Positions 10,195-20,273 of a DNA stretch of 64,000 nt are shown here, in pieces. The notes beneath the pieces are model-generated. The model made no database searches. It worked only from the letters and a program-made list of their open reading frames with translations, and was not told where the DNA came from. The stretch comes from an uncultured delta proteobacterium (GTDB taxonomy: Bacteria > Desulfobacterota > RBG-13-43-22), in assembly GCA_963790475.1 (NCBI GenBank), contig CAWBOS010000015.1, forward strand, positions 416,001 to 480,000. The letters are read 5' to 3'. Every line of letters starts with the position of its first letter. Within the stretch, counting starts at the first letter, position 1. Both the position numbers and the translations under genes were made by a program.

Positions 10195-10791
10195 TCAATT
10201 CTGAGAAGTTGGAATTATTTTTTCGGATTTCTTTTTATAAGCCGCAATATTGGATTTATGGGCCCAAAAGATCAGAGCCATAGTCAAAGCCACCGCTATA
10301 ATCACCGGCCAATCCCGGGCATAACGGATCATGGTCCCCACTCCCAAAAAAGCGATCATAAAAAAAGACCCGACAAAGGGTATACGAAACACCCCGTAAG
10401 CCAGAACCCAGGCCAGGCAGGAAATCCCGGCCACGACCGGAGACAAAAAAGCAGTGAACCCCAGATAACCGGCTACGCCTTTACCCCCTCGGAACCCATG
10501 AAACAGCGGTTTTTGATTCCCGATCACCAGGACCAGCCCCAAGACAGGTACCAATGGAGCAGGCAAAAACCAAACCCCGACTTGGGCGATGACTACGGCA
10601 CGACCCAGGTCCAGCAAGAGGACCACCGCCCCCCAGAATTTGCCGAGCTGCCTGGAGACGTTAGTAGTCCCGGCATTGCCGCTGAAACGGTCCCTCGGGT
10701 CACCCTGGCCAAGTATTTTAAACAGGATAATGGAAAAATTGATCGAGGCGGCAATATAAGTTGACAGCCCCAATAACAATAAGGTCCCCAA
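10195..10791 (-). CDS. plsY: Glycerol-3-phosphate acyltransferase PlsY family
   Basis: SGNAGTTNVSR, FRGGKGVA, HKSNI motifs; hydrophobic. Confidence 0.88.
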   Translation of the reverse strand: MGTLLLLGLSTYIAASINFSIILFKILGQGDPRDRFSGNAGTTNVSRQLGKFWGAVVLLLDLGRAVVIAQVGVWFLPAPLVPVLGLVLVIGNQKPLFHGFRGGKGVAGYLGFTAFLSPVVAGISCLAWVLAYGVFRIPFVGSFFMIAFLGVGTMIRYARDWPVIIAVALTMALIFWAHKSNIAAYKKKSEKIIPTSQN

Positions 10792-12276
10792 CTAATCCTC
10801 CGCTGCCCCTGGTTCCTTTCCAGGGTCTGCAATCCGACTGTCGGTCCTGACAAAACGGAGGAACCCTCCGAGATTGGACAGGAACCTCTTCCAACTGTCG
10901 GGGGAGCGCCAGATCATGGTCAGGTAGCCGAGGAGCATTTTGGGCCGCATAAAGTGTTTCCGGTAGAACCTGATGAAAAGTTTTTCCAGAAGCTCGGCCG
11001 TCATCCCCCGGGGAACGAAGAGGAAATGCATACAGTCCATTTTTTCCCAGTCTTCTTCAAAGGTCCCCAGCTCGTGGGCCTTTTCATAGAGGGGCGTACC
11101 CGGGAAGGGGGTAAATTTGGAGACATTGATGTCATCAATGGGCAAAGAAAAGACATAATCCATGCTTTTTTGGATACTCGATTCGGTTTCACCGGGCAAA
11201 CCTACCATGAGCAGTCCCTTGACCCGGATACCGACTTTATGGATCAGATGTATTTTTTCGGCCAGCATCTCCAGGTTGGGGTTTTTGCGGTGCTGGGCCA
11301 GAAGGTCCTCATCCCCGGTTTCCACACCAAGACTGATCATCCAGCATCCGGCCTCTTTCATCATCCGGGCCAGAGCGAGATCAATATGCTCGGCCCGGAC
11401 GGCACAGTTAAAGGTCATCCCCAGCGGCTTATCAATCATCATCCGGGCGAAGGCCTCGACCCTTTTACGATTAAAAGTGAACTGGTCATCATAGAAGTTG
11501 ATGTGCCGGATATGAAAACGATCGTTGAGATATTTCAGATGTTCATAAAGGTAGTCGGCGGAATTGTACCGGAAACTGCTCCCGAACACGGAACGGTCAC
11601 AGTAACTGCAGGCATAGGGGCATCCCCGGCTGGATATGCAGCTGGTATTGGGGACCGTCGGATAATTGAAAATGGGCAGCTTGTAGGTTTGAGGATAACC
11701 GTCCAATTTTTCATAGGCGGGAAAAGGCAGACTGTCGAGATCGATGCCTTTGGCCCGGTAGCCGATAAAATGCGGGATCCCTTCCGGGCCGCGCCAGACT
11801 ACGCCGGGAATCGGGGACGCCGCATTAATTTCTCCATTGCAGGACACAAGCTCGGCCAGGGTCTGTTCGCCCTCACCGACCACGGCAAAATCAACCTCCG
11901 GAAAATCGGCCAGGCTCTTGGTTTTCAGGGCCGAGACATGAGGGCCCCCAAAAACCGTTTGTATGCCCGGCAAATCCTTTTTTGCCATCCTGGCGATGCG
12001 GACTCCATCCAGAAAGCTCGACGTGGTGCAACTGAAGCCGATGAAAGCCGGCTTCTTTTCGATCAGATAATCCTTGATGAAACCATCGGAAAAAGGCTTG
12101 GCAAAATAATCGACGATATCAGCTTGAATATTCTCCTTTTCCAGATAGGCTGCCATGCTGGCCAGGCCCAGGGGGGGCATGATATTGGCTATACGCGAAA
12201 CATCCTGCCCCGACCTTTCCACCTTGTAACCCAGGGGATGGACGAGGAGGATTCTATTCTTCTGTAAAACGGGCAT
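10792..12276 (-). CDS. Cobalamin-dependent radical SAM enzyme (BchE/HpnJ-like architecture)
   Basis: PPLGLASMAAYL, VFGGPHVS, VGEGE, SRGCPYACSYC, TPFPGT. Confidence 0.9.
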   Translation of the reverse strand: MPVLQKNRILLVHPLGYKVERSGQDVSRIANIMPPLGLASMAAYLEKENIQADIVDYFAKPFSDGFIKDYLIEKKPAFIGFSCTTSSFLDGVRIARMAKKDLPGIQTVFGGPHVSALKTKSLADFPEVDFAVVGEGEQTLAELVSCNGEINAASPIPGVVWRGPEGIPHFIGYRAKGIDLDSLPFPAYEKLDGYPQTYKLPIFNYPTVPNTSCISSRGCPYACSYCDRSVFGSSFRYNSADYLYEHLKYLNDRFHIRHINFYDDQFTFNRKRVEAFARMMIDKPLGMTFNCAVRAEHIDLALARMMKEAGCWMISLGVETGDEDLLAQHRKNPNLEMLAEKIHLIHKVGIRVKGLLMVGLPGETESSIQKSMDYVFSLPIDDINVSKFTPFPGTPLYEKAHELGTFEEDWEKMDCMHFLFVPRGMTAELLEKLFIRFYRKHFMRPKMLLGYLTMIWRSPDSWKRFLSNLGGFLRFVRTDSRIADPGKEPGAAED

Positions 12277-12441
12277 ATTCTAACCTTGTTTGGTGGATGG
12301 GGTGAGTATAAAATATGGCACAGACAGGGTCAAGAAAGAAAAAAGGCTTTCCCCCCTTCATTTTTAACCTGTTCAGCCGTTTCAACTTCAATCAGAGGGG
12401 AGGGGACTTTTTTTACTTATTTTAATAAAAAAATTTAAATC

Positions 12442-12483
12442 TTGACTTAAGTCAATGGAATTTCCGGCCAAAGTGATTATATT
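12442..12483 (+). promoter_or_regulatory. FNR/CRP-family (HcpR-type) box plus -10 element upstream of hcp
   Basis: Perfect palindrome TTGACTTAAGTCAA (12442-12455); TATATT at 12478-12483 puts the box centre at about -41.5. Confidence 0.7.
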
Positions 12484-12538
12484 GTATCTCAGCAAGCTGA
12501 TCTAACGAAAATATTCAATTATTAGAAAGGAGAATAAT

Positions 12539-14168
12539 ATGTTTTGTTATCAATGTGAACAAACCGCCAAAGGAGAAGGTTGTACTAAAATCGGGGTCTG
12601 CGGAAAGCAGCCGGAGGTCGCGGCCCTGCAGGATCTGGTGGTTTACACCATGAGGGGGTTATCCCAGGTGGCAGTAGAGGGCCGGAAAGTAGGTATCAGC
12701 GACCCAGAGGTAAATGCTTTCACTGCGGAAGCCATGTTTTCCACCTTGACCAACGTGGATTTTGACCCGAACGGTTCAGACCCATTCTTCAAAAAATCGT
12801 CGGCTTAAGGGAAAAGCTGAAGGCCAAAGTCAAAGCCGCCGGGGGCAAGGTCGATTTTCCGGAAGGGCCGGCCAATTTGGCCCTGGCCGACAGTCTGGAA
12901 GGACTGACCGCCCAGGGAGAAAAGGTCGGTATCAAAGCAGATACTACAACGGATAGAGACATTCATGCCCTGATCTGGACCGTTACCTTCGGCATTAAAG
13001 GAATTGCCGCCTACGCCGATCATGCCCGGATCCTCGGTCAGGAAGACGAGGCCATTTACGCCTTCATGCATGAGGGACTGGCGGCCACCTTGAACAAGGA
13101 CCTGACCCTGAACGACTGGATCGGCCTGACCATGAAAGCGGCGAGATCAATCTGAGGACCATGGAAATCCTGGACGCCGCCAACACCGAAACTTATGGCC
13201 ATCCCGTACCTACCAAGGTCCCCTTGGGCCATAAAAAAGGCAAGGCCATCCTGGTTTCCGGCCACGACCTGAAGGATATGGAACTGATCCTGAAGCAGAC
13301 CGAGGGGAAAGGGATTACCGTCTATACCCACGGGGAGATGCTGCCCGCTGCACGGCTATCCCGAACTGAAGAAATATGCCCATTTTTACGGTCATTACGG
13401 AACCGCCTGGCAGAACCAGGGCAAAGGAATTCGCCGAATTCCCCGGGGCCATCCTCATGACCACCAACTGCATCCAGAAACCGAAGGAGTCCTATCAGGC
13501 CAATATCTTCACTACCGGTCTGGTCGGCTGGCCCGGGGTCACCCACATTGCCGATAAAAATTTTACTCCGGCCATTGAAAAGGCCCTGGCCCTGCCCGGT
13601 TTTGCTGAAGACAGCGACGGGAAAACGGTTACCGTGCGGTTTTGGCCGGAATACCGTGATGGGCGTGGCCGGAACGGTCATCGAGGCGGTCAAGAACAAG
13701 GCCATCCGTCATTTCTTCCTGGTGGCCGGCTGTGACGGGGCCAAACCGGGCCGCAATTATTATACCGAGTTTGTGGAAAAGGCGCCGAAGGATACGGTCA
13801 TCCTCACCCTGGCCTGCGGCAAGTTCCGGTTCTTTGACAAGGAATTGGGAGATATCGGCGGTATCCCCCGTCTGTTGGATGTAGGTCAATGCAATGACGC
13901 CTATTCGGCGGTCCAGATCGCCGTGGCCCTGTCCAAGGCCTTTAATGTGGGGGTAAACGATCTGCCTTTATCCATGATCCTGTCCTGGTATGAACAGAAG
14001 GCCGTGGCTATTCTCCTGACCCTGCTTTACCTGGGGATTAAAAATATCCGCCTGGGGCCATCTCTGCCGGCTTTCATCACCCCTAACGTGCTGGATTTTC
14101 TGGTCAAGAATTTCAACATCATGCCCATCAGCACCCCGGAGGCGGATTTGAAGGCGATATTAGGTTAA
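12539..14168 (+). CDS. hcp: Hybrid cluster protein (hydroxylamine/NO reductase), split by several frameshifts
   Basis: [23 protein letters not shown]; [42 protein letters not shown] across ORFs 12539/12877/13161/13376/13548. Confidence 0.93.
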
Positions 14169-14174
14169 AAACTG

Positions 14175-14262
14175 GTCTAAGGTCCAAGGTGTAGGGTGTA
14201 AGGAAAAGCGATAAACCTACACCATTTCCTTGAAATAACCTTACACCTTATACCTTATACCC
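14175..14262. repeat. Heptamer-based inverted repeat (REP-like)
   Basis: AAGGTCCAAGGTGTAGGGTGTAAGG ... CCTTACACCTTATACCTTATACC. Confidence 0.5.
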
Positions 14263-14279
14263 CCGAAGGGAGTTTTGTT

Positions 14280-15009
14280 ATGAAATGCCCCGGTCAAGAC
14301 AGCCGTTATTGGAAACCCGGTTCCATCTTTGAGGCCAATTGTCCCCAATGCGGACAGGAGATGGAGTTCTTTAAAGACGATACCACCCGCCGCTGTAAAA
14401 GTTGCGGGCATCGCCTCCTGAACCCTAAAATGGATTTCGGCTGCGCCTCATATTGTCAATATGCCGAACAATGTCTTGGGGATTTACCCCCGGAGTTGAT
14501 AGCCCAGAAAGAAGACCTGTTAAAAGACCGGGTGGCCATCGAGATGAAAAAGTATTTCGGAAAAGATTTCCGCCGCATCGGACACGCCACCAAGGTGGCC
14601 CGCTATGCCGAACAGATCGGGAAAGAGGAAAAAGGCAATCTGGCCGTGATCCTGCCGGTGTCCTATCTCCACGATATCGGCATCCAGGAGGCGGAAAGAA
14701 GGTACCAGAGCACGGCTGCCCGCTATCAGGAGGAATTAGGTCCGCCCATCGCCCGGGATATCCTGGTCAAATTGGGCGCCCGGGAAGAATTGATCGAAGA
14801 GGTCTGCGATATCGTCGGCCATCACCATCATCCCCGGGATGAGGAAACGCTCAATTTTAAGGCTCTTATATGATGCCGACCTGATCGTCAACCTGGAAGA
14901 GGCTCATAAGGAAAAACCTTCCACACCGGAGCGGATGGAAGAAATCATAGGAAAATCCTTTTTGACCGAAAGCGGCAGGAAACTGGCCCGGGAAGTTTTA
15001 AGACCATAA
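14280..15009 (+). CDS. HD-domain phosphohydrolase with N-terminal Cys-rich zinc-ribbon (frameshift near 14869)
   Basis: CPQCG...CKSCG...CASYCQYAEQC; YLHDIG; HHHH; continues as YDADLIVNLEE in the next frame to TAA 15009. Confidence 0.8.
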
Positions 15010-15014
15010 CAAAC

Positions 15015-15155
15015 GCATAGCGCGAGGAGCAAAGGGCCAAGAGTAAAAAGCAAAGCGCACAGAACACAGCGACAAGAGTATCGGAAGTCATTTCCTCATT
15101 TTCCACCATGTCTTATCTCAAACTCTACGCGCTATGCCCTTTGCCCCATGCCCAT
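15015..15155. repeat. Heptamer-based inverted repeat (REP-like)
   Basis: GCATAGCGCG..GCAAAGGGC ... CGCGCTATGCCCTTTGCCCCATGC. Confidence 0.45.
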
Positions 15156-15169
15156 AAAAGGAGAATGAC

Positions 15170-15904
15170 ATGAAAATAAATCGAAAAATAATCAAAATCG
15201 ATCCGGACCGTTGTGATGGCTGCGGGTTATGCGTACCGTCCTGTGCCGAAGGGGCCATTCAGGTGATTGATGGCAAGGCCCGATTGGCGGCCGAAAAATA
15301 TTGCGATGGATTGGGGGCCTGTCTGGGAGAATGCCCCAACGATGCCCTCCGGATTATCGAGCGGGAGGCCGAAGATTTTGACGAAGCGGCCGTGGAAGAG
15401 CACCTCAAGGGAACGGAAGAAAAAACCGGTTCGTCAGGATCCGTTTTGCCTTGCGGTTGTCCATCCACCCAACTGCAGAGTCTTTCCCCGGCCGATTCCT
15501 GCCGGCAGGCCAATCAGCCTCAAATGCAGGTCGGACAGACATCGGCCCTTGGTCATTGGCCGGTCCAGATCAAACTGGTTCCCCCGACAGCCCCATTTCT
15601 AAAAGGGGCCGATCTGCTGGTGGTGGCCGACTGCACCCCCCTGGCCTATCCCAATTTTCATCGGGATCTCTTGAAAGGCAAGGTGGTCATGATGGGTTGT
15701 CCCAAATTTGACGATGTCCAGGAATATATCGCCAAGTTCACCGATATTTTCAAGACAGCGGGAATCAAGAGCATCACCACGGCGGTGATGGAAGTGCCCT
15801 GTTGTTCCGGGCTGCCCTTCATCGTCAAAAAGGCCCTGGCAGCTTCCGGAAAAAAGATCCCTCTGGAGGAGAAGGTGATAAGCATCAGAGGAGAGCTGAT
15901 GTAA
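15170..15904 (+). CDS. 4Fe-4S ferredoxin-domain protein typical of hcp neighbourhoods
   Basis: CDGCGLCVPSC, CDGLGACLGECP, CGCP, WPVQIKLV, GCPKFDD, MEVPCC. Confidence 0.85.
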   Translation: MKINRKIIKIDPDRCDGCGLCVPSCAEGAIQVIDGKARLAAEKYCDGLGACLGECPNDALRIIEREAEDFDEAAVEEHLKGTEEKTGSSGSVLPCGCPSTQLQSLSPADSCRQANQPQMQVGQTSALGHWPVQIKLVPPTAPFLKGADLLVVADCTPLAYPNFHRDLLKGKVVMMGCPKFDDVQEYIAKFTDIFKTAGIKSITTAVMEVPCCSGLPFIVKKALAASGKKIPLEEKVISIRGELM

Positions 15905-16042
15905 CAGGAAAAGATTAAATTGGTGTGGTGGCTTTTGATTAATAGGTGGGAGAAAGAAGGTAAGGGATTGAATGCTCGAGGATGCAATCCAGCCGTTGGC
16001 GGAATTGGTCCTGGGTACCGGGAGCTTCTTGAATTCAATAAA

Positions 16043-16573
16043 TTACAAATTATCCCGAATGGTCTTAATCAGCCTTTGAATCTCCACAGGGCTTAATTTT
16101 CCCTCTTTTTTGAAAATTAGGTTCCCTTTTTTATCAAAGACAAGCACATCACTATTGTCATCGGCAATTTTCCAGGTTTTTACCAGTACTTTCTTGTAGT
16201 CCCGCACATAAGTGACCTTGGGATACCGGTCCTGTTTTTCTTTAAGGGCCATATTAAGAGCGAAATTGGGCATCCAGGTTGCCGCCATGTTGATGATTCC
16301 GTAAGAATGAAATTTATCTTCGGGGAACTTTTCCTTGTCTATGGCATCGCTTGCCGGATTATTGGTATCCTTTTCGTCGGGATCGACATAAAAAAGGACA
16401 TGGACCTTCCCCCGTAATTCCTCACTACTCCAGGGCTTTCCATCCAGCCTTCCCCCTAACTTTTCCTTCAACTCCACTTTGGGGGGAACTTCACCGATCT
16501 CCAAGGCCTGGGCTATGGGGTTGATTAGAAAGATCCCCAAAACAACCAAAATGATTTTATTGAATAACTTCAT
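16043..16573 (-). CDS. YtfJ-family exported thioredoxin-like protein
   Basis: Signal peptide; PWSSEELRGKVHVLFYVDPD; VLVFDKKG..KKEGKLS. Confidence 0.7.
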   Translation of the reverse strand: MKLFNKIILVVLGIFLINPIAQALEIGEVPPKVELKEKLGGRLDGKPWSSEELRGKVHVLFYVDPDEKDTNNPASDAIDKEKFPEDKFHSYGIINMAATWMPNFALNMALKEKQDRYPKVTYVRDYKKVLVKTWKIADDNSDVLVFDKKGNLIFKKEGKLSPVEIQRLIKTIRDNL

Positions 16574-16708
16574 ATTCCGCCTCCTCATAGTTATGACGAA
16601 TAGAAAGGCACCTTGGTTCCCAAGGGGAATGTTGACAAGTGAAAACGTCTCCTATCCGAAGCTTTTTAGAAGCCATCGATATTTTGCCTTGTTATGACCT
16701 TGAACGCC

Positions 16709-17053
16709 TTATTTGCCACAACATTTTTTATATTTATTCCCGCTTCCACAGGGACAGGGCTCGTTGCGCCCAAATTTTTTCCCGGCAATCAACGGCTTTA
16801 AGGGGGTCAGCAATCTTTCTAAATCGGCAATATCCTCTGGCTGATCCGGTTCCAATCCAATGGTATATTTCCAATTGTTTTCTTCAAATAGGGTTGCCAC
16901 TTCTTTCATTCTTTCATCAGTTTGGACATGTACTACAGCCGGATTTTTTTGAGTCCCTAATTTGGCCGTTTTCTTAATGGCAAAAATTCTTGCCCTCCTT
17001 TCCCCATCGAATGTTTTTGCTTTCTTCGTACCATCAACAAATACCTTCCCCAT
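16709..17053 (-). CDS. SEC-C motif protein (PBPRA1643-like)
   Basis: [16 protein letters not shown]...[10 protein letters not shown]; [18 protein letters not shown]. Confidence 0.8.
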   Translation of the reverse strand: MGKVFVDGTKKAKTFDGERRARIFAIKKTAKLGTQKNPAVVHVQTDERMKEVATLFEENNWKYTIGLEPDQPEDIADLERLLTPLKPLIAGKKFGRNEPCPCGSGNKYKKCCGK

Positions 17054-17355
17054 TTTTTCCCCTTTACAAGTATTATCGGATTCTTACATTAGATCATCTG
17101 AGAATTTATCTCTAACATTTTATCTACAGGTCGTAGAGGGTCTTGTCTCCGGGGGTTGTCCACCCCATCCCGCCGTGGGCGGGACCATGCCGGACCAAGT
17201 ACTTAATCTATTTCGGAGAAAGACCTTCATCCCACCAGAGGCAGGACTCGGACGGTTGGGAACATCTACTTACCCTTTGGGGACAATCCCCAACAATAAG
17301 CACCCCATGGCCATCCTAAATTTTCAAACAGGTTTGGTTAGGATTCAACTACCGT

Positions 17356-17466
17356 TCAAGGTTTTCTTTTCGGCTGCTTGGCCAGCTTATTTTTTGCTTT
17401 TTGGTCCTGTTTGTTGGTCTTCTGTTTCTGACCCTTGTCCTTATCCTTCTTGCCTTTGTCTCCCAT
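17356..17466 (-). CDS. Small Lys-rich protein (36 aa)
   Basis: MGDKGKKDKDKGQKQK...; AAGGAG RBS 6 nt upstream. Confidence 0.5.
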   Translation of the reverse strand: MGDKGKKDKDKGQKQKTNKQDQKAKNKLAKQPKRKP

Positions 17467-17845
17467 TGGGTATCTCCTTTCCCTGTTGTCATTCATCTTT
17501 TCATCGCCAGGGCCCGGAGGCACAGGCCCGATTGCTTTTGATTCAATACGGTTAATATACTCCCTTTTATCATCGATCACAAAACAAAAGATATAAGGGG
17601 AAGGAACCTTTGGATCCAAGGTGTCCATCGAGACCTTCTGAAATGGAGTCCCCCATATTTAAATTACCGTTGAATAGAGGGACTCCAATTTTGTTGCTTT
17701 CCTATGTCCCCTATTTTAGGTATAATGTAAACTAAAATTTGTAACCTGGCTAGTCAGGAACAAAACCTACTTTCGAACAGCTCAGCCTCCGCCCTAATCG
17801 CCGGTCCTTACGCTGGCTGACCGGTTCATTATTATGTACAAAATT

Positions 17846-19468
17846 ATGTACAAAGAATATTTCGGTCTTAGAGAAAACCCCTTTTCAATTGCGCCCGATC
17901 CTCATTATTTTTACCTGAGCGAGGGCCATCGGGAAGCACTTGCCCACCTTGTTTATGGCATTAATAGCGAGGGCGGCTTTGTCTTGCTCACCGGCGAGGT
18001 TGGAACCGGTAAAACAACGGTCTGCCGCTGTCTTCTTGAACAATTGCCCGAGAATACGGAGATTGCCTTTATCCTCAACCCCAAATTGACTGTCGAGGAA
18101 CTGCTGGCTACGGTTTGCGATGAATTCGGTATCGGCTACCCCGAAGGAAACAGAAGTAACAAGGTCTTGGTCTCGGCCATCTATGAATACCTTCTCCATA
18201 TTCCGGAAAAAGGACGCCGGGCCATTCTGATTATTGAAGAGGCGCAGCTCCTTAGCATGGAAGTACTGGAACAGGTACGGCTTTTAACAAATCTCGAGAC
18301 AAGCCAACGGAAGCTCCTCCAGATTATCCTCCTCGGCCAACCGGAACTCCGGGAGATGTTGGCCCAACCTCAATTTCGGCAACTCTCACAGAGAGTTACT
18401 GCAAGATATCACCTCGGTCCGCTGTCGAAAGATGAGACGTCCGCCTACGTCAATCACCGTTTATCGGTAGCCGGACTCCCCCAAAGAAAGTTGTTTTCCA
18501 AAGGAACACTGAAACTTCTCTATCGGTTAACCGGAGGCATACCCAGACGGATCAACGTGATATGTGACCGGGCAATGCTCGGAGCTTATGTCCAGGGTAA
18601 AGACCAGGTAGACCGGAATACGCTGATGACGGCCACACGTGAAGTATCCGGCAAGAAAGACCGTCATTCGATGATTAAAACAGCGCATCCGGGACTATGG
18701 GCCTTCGCTATCCTTATATTTTTTGCAGCCCTCACGGCGGGTTATTATAACTGGGGAACCCAACCCATTTTGATTTCTGTGCCAAAGGCCATATCTCAAA
18801 AACAGGTTGCGGTCACACCCATCCAGAAACGCCCTTCTGCAGACCTCGAAAAGCCCGATGGCGGCACTCGGGCCGGCGCAAGGGATTTAGCCTACCAGGC
18901 GCTTTTCGGCCAATGGGGGATCCCGGTAAACCCGAAAAACAAGAGAGCCCCCTGTCAACAGGCCTCAGAAAAAGGTTTGCAGTGTCTTAATGAAAAAGGG
19001 GGGCTCCGTGACCTTCAACGTCTGAACAAGCCGGCGGTACTCACCTTGGTTGATGAAAAAGGCGATGAATATTTCGCGGCCATACTATCGATACAGGACC
19101 AGACCGCCACCTTCGCTATCGGCAATGAGACCAGAAAAGTCAATATCAACAGAATAGCCTCCTGGTGGTTGGGTGAGTTCACGCTCTTCTGGAAAGCACC
19201 CTCCAGTTATAAAGGAAAACCGGATCAGGGAAGCCGCGGCCCCCTTGTGGCCTGGATTGATCAGCAATTATCGATCGTTCAAAGACGGGGCGTCAAACCT
19301 GATGAAAAACCAACCTACAATGAACCGATGAAAAAAGAGATCAGAGCATTTCAGATAACCACCGGTCTTGTGCCGGATGGCATCATAGGCCCCAAGACCA
19401 TCATCTGCCTGGCCAATGCAACAAACAGCGGGGGACCGACCCTCACCAGTAAGAAAAGAGACCATTAG
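17846..19468 (+). CDS. gspA: General secretion pathway protein A (ExeA; AAA ATPase + peptidoglycan-binding domain)
   Basis: MYKEYFGLRENPFSIAPDP, GEVGTGKT, LGQPEL, GIPRRIN; TM; AFQ..GLVPDGIIGPKT. Confidence 0.9.
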   Translation: MYKEYFGLRENPFSIAPDPHYFYLSEGHREALAHLVYGINSEGGFVLLTGEVGTGKTTVCRCLLEQLPENTEIAFILNPKLTVEELLATVCDEFGIGYPEGNRSNKVLVSAIYEYLLHIPEKGRRAILIIEEAQLLSMEVLEQVRLLTNLETSQRKLLQIILLGQPELREMLAQPQFRQLSQRVTARYHLGPLSKDETSAYVNHRLSVAGLPQRKLFSKGTLKLLYRLTGGIPRRINVICDRAMLGAYVQGKDQVDRNTLMTATREVSGKKDRHSMIKTAHPGLWAFAILIFFAALTAGYYNWGTQPILISVPKAISQKQVAVTPIQKRPSADLEKPDGGTRAGARDLAYQALFGQWGIPVNPKNKRAPCQQASEKGLQCLNEKGGLRDLQRLNKPAVLTLVDEKGDEYFAAILSIQDQTATFAIGNETRKVNINRIASWWLGEFTLFWKAPSSYKGKPDQGSRGPLVAWIDQQLSIVQRRGVKPDEKPTYNEPMKKEIRAFQITTGLVPDGIIGPKTIICLANATNSGGPTLTSKKRDH

Positions 19469-19469
19469 G

Positions 19470-20168
19470 ATGTCCTACATTCTTGAGGGTTTAAAGAAAC
19501 TCGAGCAGAAACGCAGACAGGAAGAGAGAGCACCCGGTCTCCTGACTTTCGAGGAAGAAAAAACACCCCACTCTGAAAGACCGAACCTATGGCCTTTCCT
19601 CATCTTTCTCGCTCTGTTTCTCAATGTCGGAACCATCATCTGGTGGATCGGTCCCTGGCATTCATGGGAACGCTCCGCCCGGCCGCATCCGACAGTCCCT
19701 GGCCCTACGGCAAAGGCGGCCACCTCAATTCCGGTTGAAAAGATGAAACAGCACCCGCCGGTCCTGAGGGGGGAACTCCCGCCCCCCAAAATGGTCAACG
19801 AACTCCCTAAGAGCCCGGCTGTGGAAAAAACAAAAAAGATCTCGGCTCCGGTAGCGGAAAAAACCCCGCCGCCTAAAAAAACCGCCGAATCCCAGTCCTC
19901 GGTAATAAGTAAAGTTGTGCCGGAAGGGCGCACTGTAAAACTAAGCGACCTGCCGGCCGAGATCAAAAAAAGCCTCCCTGTTTTGAAAATGTCTGTTCAC
20001 TATTACAGCCCGGACAAACAGGCCCGCTTTGCGACGATCAACGACCGGACCCTCCATGAAGGAGAGGCCCTCAGCGAAGGTCTCCGGGTGGTAGAAATCA
20101 ATCCTGACGGAACAGTGTTGCTTTACCGGGGCCATCGTTTTCTGATAAGCGTTAATGAAAACTTTTGA
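19470..20168 (+). CDS. gspB: General secretion pathway protein B (ExeB)
   Basis: MSYILEGLKKLEQKR; TM; Pro-rich linker; LKMSVHYYS...RFATIND..LHEG. Confidence 0.85.
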   Translation: MSYILEGLKKLEQKRRQEERAPGLLTFEEEKTPHSERPNLWPFLIFLALFLNVGTIIWWIGPWHSWERSARPHPTVPGPTAKAATSIPVEKMKQHPPVLRGELPPPKMVNELPKSPAVEKTKKISAPVAEKTPPPKKTAESQSSVISKVVPEGRTVKLSDLPAEIKKSLPVLKMSVHYYSPDKQARFATINDRTLHEGEALSEGLRVVEINPDGTVLLYRGHRFLISVNENF

Positions 20169-20273
20169 CGCCGGATATCGTATCAGGCTTTCATTTTAAC
20201 TACTAAGATGTAAGATGAGACACTGGTCCACATACAACGGGAAATTAATCAAACATCTTTGTGAATAAACAGG

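Noticed and set aside
10954-12267. 437-aa plus-strand ORF, and other long antisense ORFs such as 9132..9866 and 38497..39216
   Set aside because: They shadow well-supported genes on the opposite strand and have no recognisable motifs.
14860-14880. Possible selenocysteine TGA read-through at the end of ORF 14280..14873
   Set aside because: The conserved continuation YDADLIVN is in another frame, so this is a frameshift and not recoding.
17745-17830. Possible c-di-GMP-I riboswitch upstream of gspA (CAAAACC...GCCTCCGCCCTAA)
   Set aside because: Only fragmentary resemblance; the GNRA-capped P2 stem and GACGCAAA junction are missing. An Rfam scan would be needed.
17846-20168. Complete type II secretion system
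   Set aside because: Only the accessory gspAB pair is present, which is often unlinked from the core genes.
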